A stretch of 64,000 nucleotides of DNA from Macrostomum lignano (Eukaryota), in the NCBI GenBank assembly GCA_002269645.1, contig NIVC01000856.1, positions 310,001-374,000 on the forward strand. The letters run 5' to 3'. The position numbers were made by a program, and so were the translations under genes. Positions 13,049 through 23,514 of this stretch are shown one piece after another; positions within the stretch are counted from its first letter, which is position 1; each line of letters opens with the position of its first letter. The notes under the pieces were generated by a model. It was not told the origin of the DNA. It did no database searches and saw only the letters and a list, made by a program, of their open reading frames with translations.

Positions 13049-13821
13049 CAGACTCAATATTGTATGAGCCATGCTTATGAGCATTAGCAAATATACGACA
13101 CTATCCACCATCAATATTAACCCCTAAACATAACAGAAGTGTTAACTCCCTTATTAATCCTTTGTTATGCTATAATATAAACAATACTTGTTAACAAGTT
13201 TCATTGTTCTGCAATTTTGCATTGTTCAGCACAGATGCATTGTCTTGTGACTGGCTATATCATGTACTGCGCGTGGCTTACATGCTGCACACGGAGTCTT
13301 GACACTTGTAATCTTGTTTATTCCCAATTGCCAATTTAGTCATGTCCACAAACAGCAGGGGATGTGACTAAATGGGTTCAGGCTGCAGGTGTCAGACTGA
13401 AAAGCCACCCCCCCCCCTAATTGCTTTGCCCATGCCACTGCGGGTACACGAGCGATTAAGCCAATTTATGCACCTGGGAAAGGTGGGCCCAGCGAGCGGC
13501 ATCCTTTGACGCGCACGCACCAAACGTGGGGGCAATAAAGCTAATTAAGCAAATAAACTTTACTCTTGAAGAATTCAGCTGCAGAGACTGGGGCTGGAAA
13601 AGCTGATTAAAATTCAGACTTTTCTGGCCTTCTCCCTCACATTCTGACTGCGTCCAAACAGAAAAAGACAAGCGTGTGAGAATCTGGAGTCACTGCAGAA
13701 CTCTGGTTGGACACGCTTCGATTCTTACAAAATTTCAATGCCAACTTTTATGAATTTTTGTTATAAACAAACACTTTAAGTAAAACAAGTTTAATGGCAA
13801 AGAAAATCTGCTAACTCTTCA

Positions 13822-15185
13822 ACTGACTCTCTCTGGTATCTCTCCTCTCTCACTGACTCTCTCTGGTATCTCTCCTCTCTCACTGACTCTCTCTGGTATC
13901 TCTCCTCTCTCACTGACTCTCTCTGGTATCTCTCCTCTCTCACTGACTCTCTCTGGTATCTCTCCTCTCTCACTGACAATCTGCAGTATCTCTCCTCTCT
14001 CACTGACTCTCTCTGGTATCTCTCATCTCTCACTGACTCTCTCTGGTATCTCTCCTCTCTCACTGACAATCTGCAGTATCTCTCCTCTCTCACTGACTCT
14101 CTCTGGTATCTCTCATCTCTCACTGACTCTCTCTGGTATCTCTCCTCTCTCACTGACTCTCTCTGGTATCTCTCCTCTCTCACTGACAATCTGCAGTATC
14201 TCTCCTCTCTCACTGACTCTCTCTGGTATCTCTCCTCTCTCACTGACTCTCTCTGGTATCTCTCCTCTCTCACTGACAATCTGCAGTATCTCTCCTCTCT
14301 CACTGACTCTCTCTGGTATCTCTCCTCTCTCACTGACTCTCTCTGGAATCTCTCATCTCACACTGACTCTCTCTGGTATCTCTCCTCTCTCACTGACAAT
14401 CTGCAGTATCTCTCCTCTCTCACTGACTCTCTCTGGTATCTCTCATCTCTCACTGACTCTCTCTGGTATCTCTCATCCCTCACTGACTCTCTCTGGTATC
14501 TCTCCTCTCTCACTGACTCTCTCTGGAATCTCTCCTCTCTCACTGACAATCTGCAGTATCTCTCCTCTCTCACTGACTCTCTCTGGTATCTCTCATCTCT
14601 CACTGACTCTCTCTGGTATCTCTCATCCCTCACTGACTCTCTCTGGTATCTCTCCTCTCTCACTGACTCTCTCTGGAATCTCTCCTCTCTCACTGACAAT
14701 CTGCAGTATCTCTCCTCTCTCACTGACTCTCTCTGGTATCTCTCATCCTCACTGACTCTCTCTGGTATCTCTCATCCCTCACTGACTCTCTCTGGTATCT
14801 CTCCTCTCTCACTGACTCTCTCTGGAATCTCTCCTCTCTCACTGACAATCTGCAGTATCTCTCCTCTCTCACTGACTCTCTCTGGTATCTCTCCTCTCTC
14901 ACTGACTCTCTCTGGTATCTCTCCTCTCTCACTGACTCTCTCTGGAATCTCTCCTCTCTCACTGACAATCTGCAGTATCTCTCCTCTCTCACTGACTCTC
15001 TCTGGTATCTCTCCTCTCTCACTGACTCTCTCTGGTATCTCTCCTCTCTCACTGACTCTCTCTGGAATCTCTCCTCTCTCACTGACAATCTGCAGTATCT
15101 CTCCTCTCTCACTGACTCTCTCTGGTATCTCTCCTCTCTCACTGACTCACTGATATTTATTCGCCCTCTCTCACTGACTCTCATT
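13822..15185. repeat. 30-bp minisatellite CACTGACTCTCTCTGGTATCTCTCCTCTCT with higher-order structure
   Basis: About 45 units; the variant CACTGACAATCTGCAG recurs periodically. Confidence 0.95.
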
Positions 15186-15944
15186 CTGAATCCTGACTCT
15201 CCGAGTCCTATATCTGTATTTTCTAAGATTCCCTCTCCCTCTGTCTCATATTACCATCTAGCTGAGTATTCTCTTTTATATCCTTGATCTAGGACTCTAT
15301 TCTTCATATCTTCGTACACTAAACTGTCAGCGCCAACATTTTTGTGAGCAGAAGTTATCTGAATTAAAATTTTTAAATAATTTTGTTTCTTTTGACCCGG
15401 AATCTGATTAAGTTCTGGACTCTGGTCGATATAGGCTGATGCGAGCACTCAACGAACTCAAAATTCATGGCCAGATGGAGCGCATGAGTTGAGCATAGTA
15501 ATCAACTATTAGGCTATAGGTATGCCATTCCTCATGTATTCCCTTCAGCTAAAAGAATTAGTGGATCTGGGGGCGATTTTCGTGTCAAGTGTCAACAGAG
15601 AACACTCTTTAGGATCAAGACAGACATTCCCTTGTTTGGCAACCCGAATTGCTCAAATAGCTGCTGGAGGCTGATTCCACTTGCGCAACACATGTAGGCC
15701 GGCCATCAATCACAGGGGTGCACCCTGTGTGCTCTTCTGAGCTGCCTGTCAGCTTTTCCTTTTTTTCTATCCGTGTTCCCATTTACAAATCCATTTAACA
15801 TTGTCCAACTCATTCTCAAGCCACTTTTCTCTCCCACTGCAGAGTCCTTCTATTGCTGTCGCTTGTACATATACGAGCTCAGTGTTTGTTATTTCACTGC
15901 CTCGGAGCACGTTTTTAACCTCACCTCCAGTTGTATCCTGCTCG

Positions 15945-16550
15945 TCTCTTCCCTCTCTGCTTCCGCCCTCTCCTCTACCTCTCCGTCTCTCCCTCTCCGT
16001 CTCTCCCCTTCTGTGTCTCCCTCTCCATCTCTCTCTCTCCGTCTCTCTGTCTCTCCCTCTCCATCTCTCCCTCTCTGTCTCTGCCTCTCCGTCTCTCCCT
16101 CTCCGTCTCTCCCTCTCCGTCTCTCCCTCTCCGTATCTCCCCTTCTGTGTCTCCCTCCCCACCTCTCCCTCTCCGTCTCTCCCTCTCCATCTCTCCCTCT
16201 CCCTCTCTCCCTCTCCGTCTCTCCCTCTCCGTCTCTCCCTCTCCGTCTCTCCCTCTCCGTCTCTCCCTCTCCGTCTCTCCCTCTCCGTCTCTCCCTCTCC
16301 GTCTCTCCCTCTCCGTCTCTCCCTCTCCGTCTCTCCCTCTCCGTCTCTCCCTCTCCGTCTCTCCCCCTCCGTCTCTCCCTCTCCGTCTCTCCCTCTCCGT
16401 CTCTCCCTCTCCGTCTCTCCCTCTCCGTCTCTCCCTCTCCGTCTCTCCCTCTCCGTCTCTCCCTCTCCGTCTCTCCCCTTCTGTGTCTCCCTCTCCATCT
16501 CTCTCTCTCCGCCTCTCTGTCTCTCCCTCTCTGTCTCTCCCTCTCCGTCT
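15945..16550. repeat. 14-bp CT-rich minisatellite CTCTCCCTCTCCGT
   Basis: Direct reading. Confidence 0.9.
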
Positions 16551-17484
16551 TCCCATCACTCTCGGCCCCACTCTATTCCTCAGTCTCATAGTCACCCTGT
16601 TCCAACTGTGATTGACATTGACAGTTATGCACACAAATTTACACAATAGATAACTTGAATGCTTGTCACTATCAGTCAGAGCTTTCTGTAATGACAATTA
16701 ATTGCTAAAATACAATCAATATCTCCACATTATACCCCAGTCTATTCATTGCATGTCGGCAGCCACTTACAGAACACACAAACCGAGATCTCATCGTTGC
16801 ACGCCATTTATTGTACGACCCCATTGAAGTCAATTGAAATTTATCCGTGTTGTATGGTGAGGAAACCGTCAAGGACCTCGAAACCGCATTCCCTCCCTCT
16901 CTCTCCTTTGAAAGAAAATTAGCGTGCAAATCAACTTGACCTTATCTATAATGGCACATCAGCAGCTCATCAACATCATTAGTTAGCGGCGGTGTTGCAC
17001 AAACAGTGCAGGTTATCATATACACTTGACAATTGTGTGTGTGTGTGTGTCCGACAATGTCATATACAAAGCCAATTTTCTCAACGGGTGGAGCAGGACA
17101 GACAAAAGCAACGCAAGCAGGAGACACAGTTCGAACAATTTCATCATGCAATGCAGGTCAACGGTATTTTTAGTAGGTTGCATGCAAGGTCACTTGAAGA
17201 CTCCAGCAGTTGACATTCTTAGGGCTCGTAAATGCCCTTTACGTGATTGTTGCGGTGCTTTACCCCCCCCCCCCCCCCCAAGGCGATGAATCAATATTGT
17301 ATGATAAAGCTCGACAGAGGTCTCCATTGTCTGTGAGCCCGCGATGGTTGTTGCCAACCAACTGACCATTCATTCCATACAGCTCCGGGCGCTTCCATCT
17401 TTGTTAAATTGGTCTCGATGCCCTCTGTGTATCGGTGAAAATCTTGTGCCCTTCAATACATAGAAGCAACAGAAACTGTCGGCA

Positions 17485-18020
17485 CCTCCTCTCTTTCCCC
17501 TCTCTTTCCTCTCTCTTTCCCCTCTCTTTCCTCTCTCTTACCCCTCTTCCCCTCTTTTTCCCCTCTCTTCCCTCTCTCTTTCCCCCCTCTCTCTCTCTTT
17601 CCCTTCTCTTTTTTTGCCCCTCTCTTTTCCCTCTCTTCCCTCTCTTCCCCTCTCTTCCCCTCTCTTCCCCTCTCTTTCTCCTCTCTTCCCCTCTCTTCCC
17701 TCTCTTCCCCTCTCTTCCCCTCTCTTCCCCTCTCTTCCCCTCTCTTCCCCTCTCTTTCTCCTCTCTTCCCCTCTCTTCCCCTCTCTTCCCCTCTCTTCCC
17801 CTCTCTTCCACCTCTGTTTCCTTCTCTTTTGCCTCTCTCTTGTTTTCTCTCTCTCCCCTCTTTTCCCCCTCTTTTTTCCCTCTCTTTCCCCCTCTCTTTC
17901 TTCCCCTCCCTCTTTCCATCTTCCCCTTCTCTTTCCCTTCTCTCTTTCTTTCCCCTCTCTTTCTCCACTCTTCCACTCTCTTTCCCCTCTGCCCTCTCTC
18001 TTCTCCCCTCTTTTTTCTCC
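17485..18020. repeat. Polypyrimidine tract, (CTCTTCCCCT)n
   Basis: Direct reading. Confidence 0.88.
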
Positions 18021-18699
18021 CCAAAGAACAGCAAATCTGATGACCCATCCTAAATTTCGAAAAGCAACTGCAGGATGCCTTAAAGTTTTCATTTTAATCC
18101 CTGAATTTCGACTGTTTCGAATATTCTTATAAACGCTTGTTAAGGCAGTACTAACCATAGAAACATCATTTTTGGATTCATTCGGATTAAATTCAATCAA
18201 TTCTATAGCAAATTTGACTCATGTCTGTTCTAGACAGGGTCCATAGCCTCCAGAGGTCCTTGATTTGCGATGTTTCTACGTGATAAGCCGGAAGCTCAAA
18301 TGCGCGAAGACATGCTGAGGTCTCACAGTGGACTGAAAGCTAGTTGTTTCTCGGGAAAAAAATGAAATCGAAATCTGACTGAGATCTCACATCGAACTGA
18401 ACTCACACGGATAATGGTCTAGCCATTATAGTGCATGCTCTAATGCCGCCCTGCACCGATTTGCAGTCAGTAGAAGGTTGTAGCAGAGACTTACCATGCT
18501 TATTTTAACCATTGCCGAAACTGTCCAAATCTCCTAAACTCCCTGCGTGTGCTTTTTTGCACATTTTTAGAGCTGCTAAGGTATCGGGGGAGTAAAGTTA
18601 GGTATTAGGGTGGGGGATTATCAGATACAGATGTGTGGATAATAATGCTCTGCAATTTGCTTCGAGAAGGTTGAGATATGGAGAGAAAGCATAGAGAAA

Positions 18700-19100
18700 A
18701 CTATATGGATGGAGGCACAAGATGAGGGAAGAGAGAGGGGAAGAGAGGGGAAGAGAAGGGAAGAGATGGAGGAAGAGAGGGGAAGAGATGGGGGAAGAGA
18801 GGGGAAGAGATGGGGGAAGAGATGGGGGAAGAGATGGGGGAAGAGATGGGGAAGAGATTGGGGAAGAGAGGGGAAGAGATGGGGGAAGAGATGGGGGAAG
18901 AGAGGGGAAGAGATGGGGAAGAGAGGAAGGAGAGAAAGGGGAAGAGAGAGGAAGAGAGGGGAAGAGAGAGGGGAAGAGAGGGGAAGAGAGGGGAAGAGAG
19001 GGGAAGAGAGGGAAGAGAGGGGAAGAGAGGGGAAGAGAGGGGAAGAGAGGGGGAGAGGAGAAGAAGAGAGGGGAAGAGAGGGGAAGAGAGCTGAAGAGAG
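18700..19100. repeat. Polypurine tract, (AGGGGAAGAG)n
   Basis: The unit is the reverse complement of the 17485-18020 unit. Confidence 0.88.
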
Positions 19101-19616
19101 GAGAATAGTAGAATCAGCAGAATCAAAAGTTAAGTTCCCAGAGACCAGAGCAGGAGGCGCCAATTCATGTTGACTTAGTCTATCTGCTTGTTGACTTTCC
19201 TAAATCATACAAGAGCAATTATGCAATTCAGCTTTCATACGCTCGTAGCCGCTAGCGTTGCACAGTGTTATTCGATAAGGTCGACAGGAATAGAGCAAAT
19301 ATATGAGCCTCTTTGAGAGCAAGACTTCTTCTAGTTGCTAGCCGAATGGACCAATATCGGCTACCATTTTCAAATATATGTTTTTGAAAATCCAACAAGC
19401 CAACAGAAGCAGAACAGGAAAAACATTGAATGAAAGAACAGATTTACAAAACACCCCTCCCAATGCTTTAAAACAGCAAACAGACTCTGGCAGTGTTCTG
19501 TTTATTGTTTTTATTGATGCGACTCTTGACATCTGTGGTTCCGCCTGCAAAGCAAAGATAAGCGAAAAAATGCTTCAATTTTGCTGCATAGAACAGGCAA
19601 GACTCTGGGAAACATA

Positions 19617-19909
19617 GCACGCGAAGGCGTATTCAGCATGCCAGTGAAGTATGAGACAGACTAGGCCCATGGGCTAAGGTCTGCGATGCTTCACGCCTGC
19701 CCCTATCTTCAGCAGGTCAAGGCTGGTGGGAGGTCTGCACCCTCTATTTGCCTCTGGCAGCCGCAGACCCCCCCCCACGCTGTCTCGCAAGTCGACCCAG
19801 GGTACTCGTCCCCGCGTGTGTTCAAGGCAGTCCCTAGGGCTGCTGGACAGACTGGGCTCCGGCGCTGGCGACCCTATCCAGTGGCTTCGGCCGAATTTGG
19901 GTATGCGGG
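19617..19909 (+). ncRNA. HDV-like (double-pseudoknot) self-cleaving ribozyme at the LINE 5' end
   Basis: P1: GCACGCG 19617-19623 with CGCGUGU 19813-19819 (G1-U wobble). P3: GGG 19800-19802 with CCC 19810-19812, closing L3 UACUCGU. P1.1: A19804-U19821 and C19805-G19820. P2: ACCCA 19795-19799 with UGGGU 19898-19902. Candidate J4/2 CGAA 19892-19895. Manual fold only. Confidence 0.7.
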
Positions 19910-20134
19910 TCTGGCTCGCCAACCTGCAGGCCGTGGTACTGCTCAACGTACTCTCTAATGCCTAAGGTGTTGACCGTGCCGATGGGCTGGAAGGCCGGGG
20001 AGTAGTCCGGTCGCAAGCGGTCCCCCTCCTGGTGTCGGGCCAGCCTTGAGGGTGCTATTGGCCTACTGCCCGGTCAGGTGGAGCGGCCGGGTGGGTACCG
20101 CGCCCCTTTGAGGGTAGCCCACCAACCTTTTATC

Positions 20135-21655
20135 ATGGCCTTCGAGCCGACTATGGATAAACAAGCTATTTCTAGGGACGGGGACCCTTCTAAACCCCAA
20201 CCTCAGTCCGAAGGACCGGCCGGCCCTGCTGGCAGATCCCAACCGACTGATTCAACTGTGGCAAAGGAAGGACCGGCTGGCTCTGCTGGCAGATCCGACC
20301 AGAGCTACCAAACTCAAAATACCCTAAGACCTGCCAGCTCCGCTGGTGGATCTAAGGGAACCGCGAGCTCTGAGCCTAAAGGACCGGCCAAATCTGGCAG
20401 ATCCGATGAAGCTCAGCGGGCTCGGCTTGAGCGCAAACGCGCTAAACAACGCGCCAAAAGGCAGGCCAAGAAGGGAGCTGCGGGGGCCAAAGCGGCGGCG
20501 TCCACCATGGATGCTGAAGCGACTGGAGTCCCAAGGCAACCAGGCGGGCCGGCCGGTGGAAGCTCCAGTAGTTCAGCGGCGGCGCTCCCTGGAGCTGCTG
20601 CCGCGGCTGCTGAGGCCGAAACCACGGCGCAACAAATGGCCACTGCCAACAAGGAGGTTCCTTCGGGAGCTACCTTTGCGGCGAAGGCCAAGGCCAAAAT
20701 CCCGGGAGTGATCATCCAAGGTCGCGACCAGGACTGGACCACTGATCAGCTTCAAAAAGTGTGGAGTGCTGTTGACTCCTATCTGATTGAGCTGACTGTC
20801 GAGGAGGGAATCTCCATCGGCGTTGAGCGGATGGTGCTGCGAAGCACATTCGTTCTTATTGCTCCTAGCAGCGAGGAGGACGCTCGGCGGCTGCTCCAGC
20901 GGCTACCGACGGTCTCCTTGGATGCTGACCTTGGTGGAGCTCTTTTTCTTCGCGAGGGCCAGCGTCCAAAGACGATACCCTATGTGGTTTTCGTCCCTGC
21001 TAAGAGCACCGCAGCTGGACCAGACGTTATTCGCCGGGTCCTACTGCGTCTGAACCCCGACCTCCCTGCTAGTGGACTGGTGTATCACCGCAAAGTCCGC
21101 AGGGGGGAGACGGGCAACTCAATTGTCCTCGGCCTTTCCAGCACTTGGGCGAGTCGGTACCCTAATGGATCCTCTTTCCAGCTGGGTGCCCTCAAGCTCA
21201 AGTTGCGCCGAGGAAAGTCTGCCAAAGGGAAGGCTACTGCCAACCCCGGCATCTCCGGCAAGAGCGGGGCGCAGTCTAAGGCCCAAGGAAAGGCGCAAGC
21301 CGATCCCAAAGCCAAAGCTGCATCTCGCCCCTCTGCTAGCAGCAGTTCGGCGACCGCGGTAACGGCTCCGGCCGAGCCCCGGGAACCAAACCTGCCAGTC
21401 GGAGAAGGAGTTGAGGACGAGGCCGGGTCTTCGGAATCCGAGCTCTCCTCGGCCACCTTGGTGGGGTCTGAAGGTAAAGATGCAGGTGAGGAAGCTTCCT
21501 CCATCCTGTCATCGGAGCCTGAGGACTCTGCTGGGGGGCCGGTGGGGGTGAGGAGGCCATGGACGTCGACCAACTCCCATCTCCCAGTCAAGCCCCAGCG
21601 GCCTGGGACGAGGACGATCTGTTGTCCAAGTCTCCTTGATGGCCCTGGGCTCTAG
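20135..21655 (+). CDS. LINE ORF1 (gag-like nucleic-acid chaperone), about 506 aa
   Basis: Open from ATG 20135 (track ORF 20078-21655). Disordered basic N-terminus, a folded core (IPGVIIQG...LKLKLRRG) and an acidic tail. It lies directly upstream of an APE ORF. No CCHC knuckle is seen. Confidence 0.75.
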   Translation: MAFEPTMDKQAISRDGDPSKPQPQSEGPAGPAGRSQPTDSTVAKEGPAGSAGRSDQSYQTQNTLRPASSAGGSKGTASSEPKGPAKSGRSDEAQRARLERKRAKQRAKRQAKKGAAGAKAAASTMDAEATGVPRQPGGPAGGSSSSSAAALPGAAAAAAEAETTAQQMATANKEVPSGATFAAKAKAKIPGVIIQGRDQDWTTDQLQKVWSAVDSYLIELTVEEGISIGVERMVLRSTFVLIAPSSEEDARRLLQRLPTVSLDADLGGALFLREGQRPKTIPYVVFVPAKSTAAGPDVIRRVLLRLNPDLPASGLVYHRKVRRGETGNSIVLGLSSTWASRYPNGSSFQLGALKLKLRRGKSAKGKATANPGISGKSGAQSKAQGKAQADPKAKAASRPSASSSSATAVTAPAEPREPNLPVGEGVEDEAGSSESELSSATLVGSEGKDAGEEASSILSSEPEDSAGGPVGVRRPWTSTNSHLPVKPQRPGTRTICCPSLLDGPGL

Positions 21656-21678
21656 CCAGATATTGCATTTAATACAGT

Positions 21679-22100
21679 ATGACTAAGCTCCACGCTGCCA
21701 AAGGAGCGACATTCTGTCTGCAAATAAATTTACAGCATTGCGTATCTGCGTCAGTAAATCTGATGAAGATTGCTGAGCTGTACAGGCCAGGCCTCATCCT
21801 GATCCAGGAACCCTGGATGCGCAACGGTAAGTTGCCCAACATTCCCTCTGGCTACTCTGATTTTTATGTGTGTGGCCCGGGGAACAGCCGCCCTAGAGCG
21901 GCTATCCTCGCTGCTAGCCATCTCCAGGCTTGGCTGAGGACTGATCTCTCTGATGGAGACCTTTGCGTCATCCAATCTAATCATTTCTCTCCGCGTACGT
22001 GTCTTGTTGCCTCGGTTTATATCCCAGGCGACAGAGACCCTGCTCCCGAGAGTTTACTGCGCCTTGCGCAGTACTGCGAGTCCCAGAACGCTGATGCGCT
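21679..22100 (+). pseudogene. Truncated LINE ORF2: apurinic-like endonuclease N-terminal fragment
   Basis: QINLQH...LIQEPW...RPRAAIL...DLCVI...VASVYIP are APE motifs of I-group LINEs. After SQNADAL the frame runs into unrelated AT-rich sequence and stops at 22287. Confidence 0.8.
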
Positions 22101-22544
22101 GGCCGAAATGTGCGGAATTTCGTATTTTTCTAATGAGTGTCTGAATATTTGGCTTAATCTGTTTTTTAATGCACCATGCTTTTACTTAATGCGCAGGATC
22201 AACTACTGCACAGTAGAATGGCAGGATTTTATACAATTATCAACTTACTTATTCATTCAATATACGCATAATTTTGCAGTAAAATGAGCACAATGCTTAC
22301 CTACCGAATAACCTTACTTATCATATCTATCTACCCATTTCCTTAGCCGCCTGTGTACAAGCTAACTTGCTTACCTAGCTACCTATGATACTCAGTACAG
22401 TTGTAAGCTACAAACCTGTACCTACCTCTCTACCTACCACGTACCTACTTATCTGTCTACCAGCATATCTACTAGAAAAATTAGCTAACTGCTATCTGCT
22501 CAGTTTACAAGCCCACAGACCGTTTCTCACCTAACCTACAGTAT

Positions 22545-22915
22545 CTACCTACCTACTTACTTACCTACCTACCTACCTACTTACCTACCTACCTACTTAC
22601 CTACCTACCCACCTACCTACCTATCTACCTACCTACTTACCTACCTACCTACCTACCTACCAATCTACCTACCTACCTACCTATCTACCTACCTACTTAC
22701 CTACCTACCTACCTACCTACCAATCTACCTACCTACCTACCTATCTACCTACCTACTTACCTACCTACCTACCTACCTACCAATCCACCTACCTACCTAC
22801 CTACCTACCTACCTACCTACCTACCTACCTACCTACCTACCTACCTACCTACCTACCTACCTACCTACCTACCTACCTACCTACCTAACTACCTATCTAT
22901 CTATCTATCTATCCA
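22545..22915. repeat. (CCTA)n microsatellite
   Basis: Direct reading. Confidence 0.92.
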
Positions 22916-23174
22916 TCTAACCTATTCCACATTGCACAAGTGAAAAACCGCTAATTCTGCTTGAAAATCCAAGTAAACTACTATAAGTAGAAAATCTGGG
23001 ACATTTTATTATACCACTATCATTCCAGCCGCACGGAAGGAATTCTACTCGGATTGGCCGGGAGGGAATAGACCATGCACCTACAGAAGCTGTGTGCCTC
23101 TACTTAAGTGCTTATTTATTGCCAAGCAGAAACAATGCAGCAATGCAAACTCAGCGTATTGGCAAAGCTGCGAA

Positions 23175-23429
23175 ATGCAGGTTCACATTTTTATAGCAGC
23201 TGTCTCGCTGTGGTTGAGTCATTCTGCCGCCAGCCACCGACTGGCGATCCTGGTGCAGACTGGCTCCGTGCCTGAGGAGACTCTGCGACTCACACTCGAC
23301 CGGCTGGTCGGCCAGGACCGGCTGACATTTCCCGAGACTGGCTCGAACCGGACACTGAGCACCGAGATTCTCCTCACGGACGAGTCGGATGCACTATGGG
23401 CCGCGAGACGAGGTAATACCTGTATAAGG

Positions 23430-23514
<85 letters not shown>

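Larger units (their letters stand above)
19617..22100 (+). mobile_element. Non-LTR retrotransposon (LINE, LOA/R1-like), 5' portion only: 5' UTR with ribozyme, ORF1, N-terminal APE endonuclease
   Basis: Intronless GC-rich block with a long ORF1 followed by an APE-like ORF (LQINLQH, ILIQEPW, RPRAAI, ASVYIP). Homology is lost at about 22100 before the GDFN/DANAH motif. No RT domain, poly(A) tail or TSD is seen. The 5' boundary is inferred from the ribozyme G1. Confidence 0.85.

Noticed and set aside
15251-15720. Short minus-strand ORFs in unique sequence (possible transposase relic)
   Set aside because: No recognisable motif or splice structure.
17050-17165. Minus-strand Cys-rich read CIA**NCSNCVSCLRCFCLSCSTR*ENWLCI*HC resembling a PHD/ADD or piggyBac C-terminal finger
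   Set aside because: Four stops in 35 codons, no flanking domain, and TG-rich sequence yields Cys by chance; unsupported without a search.
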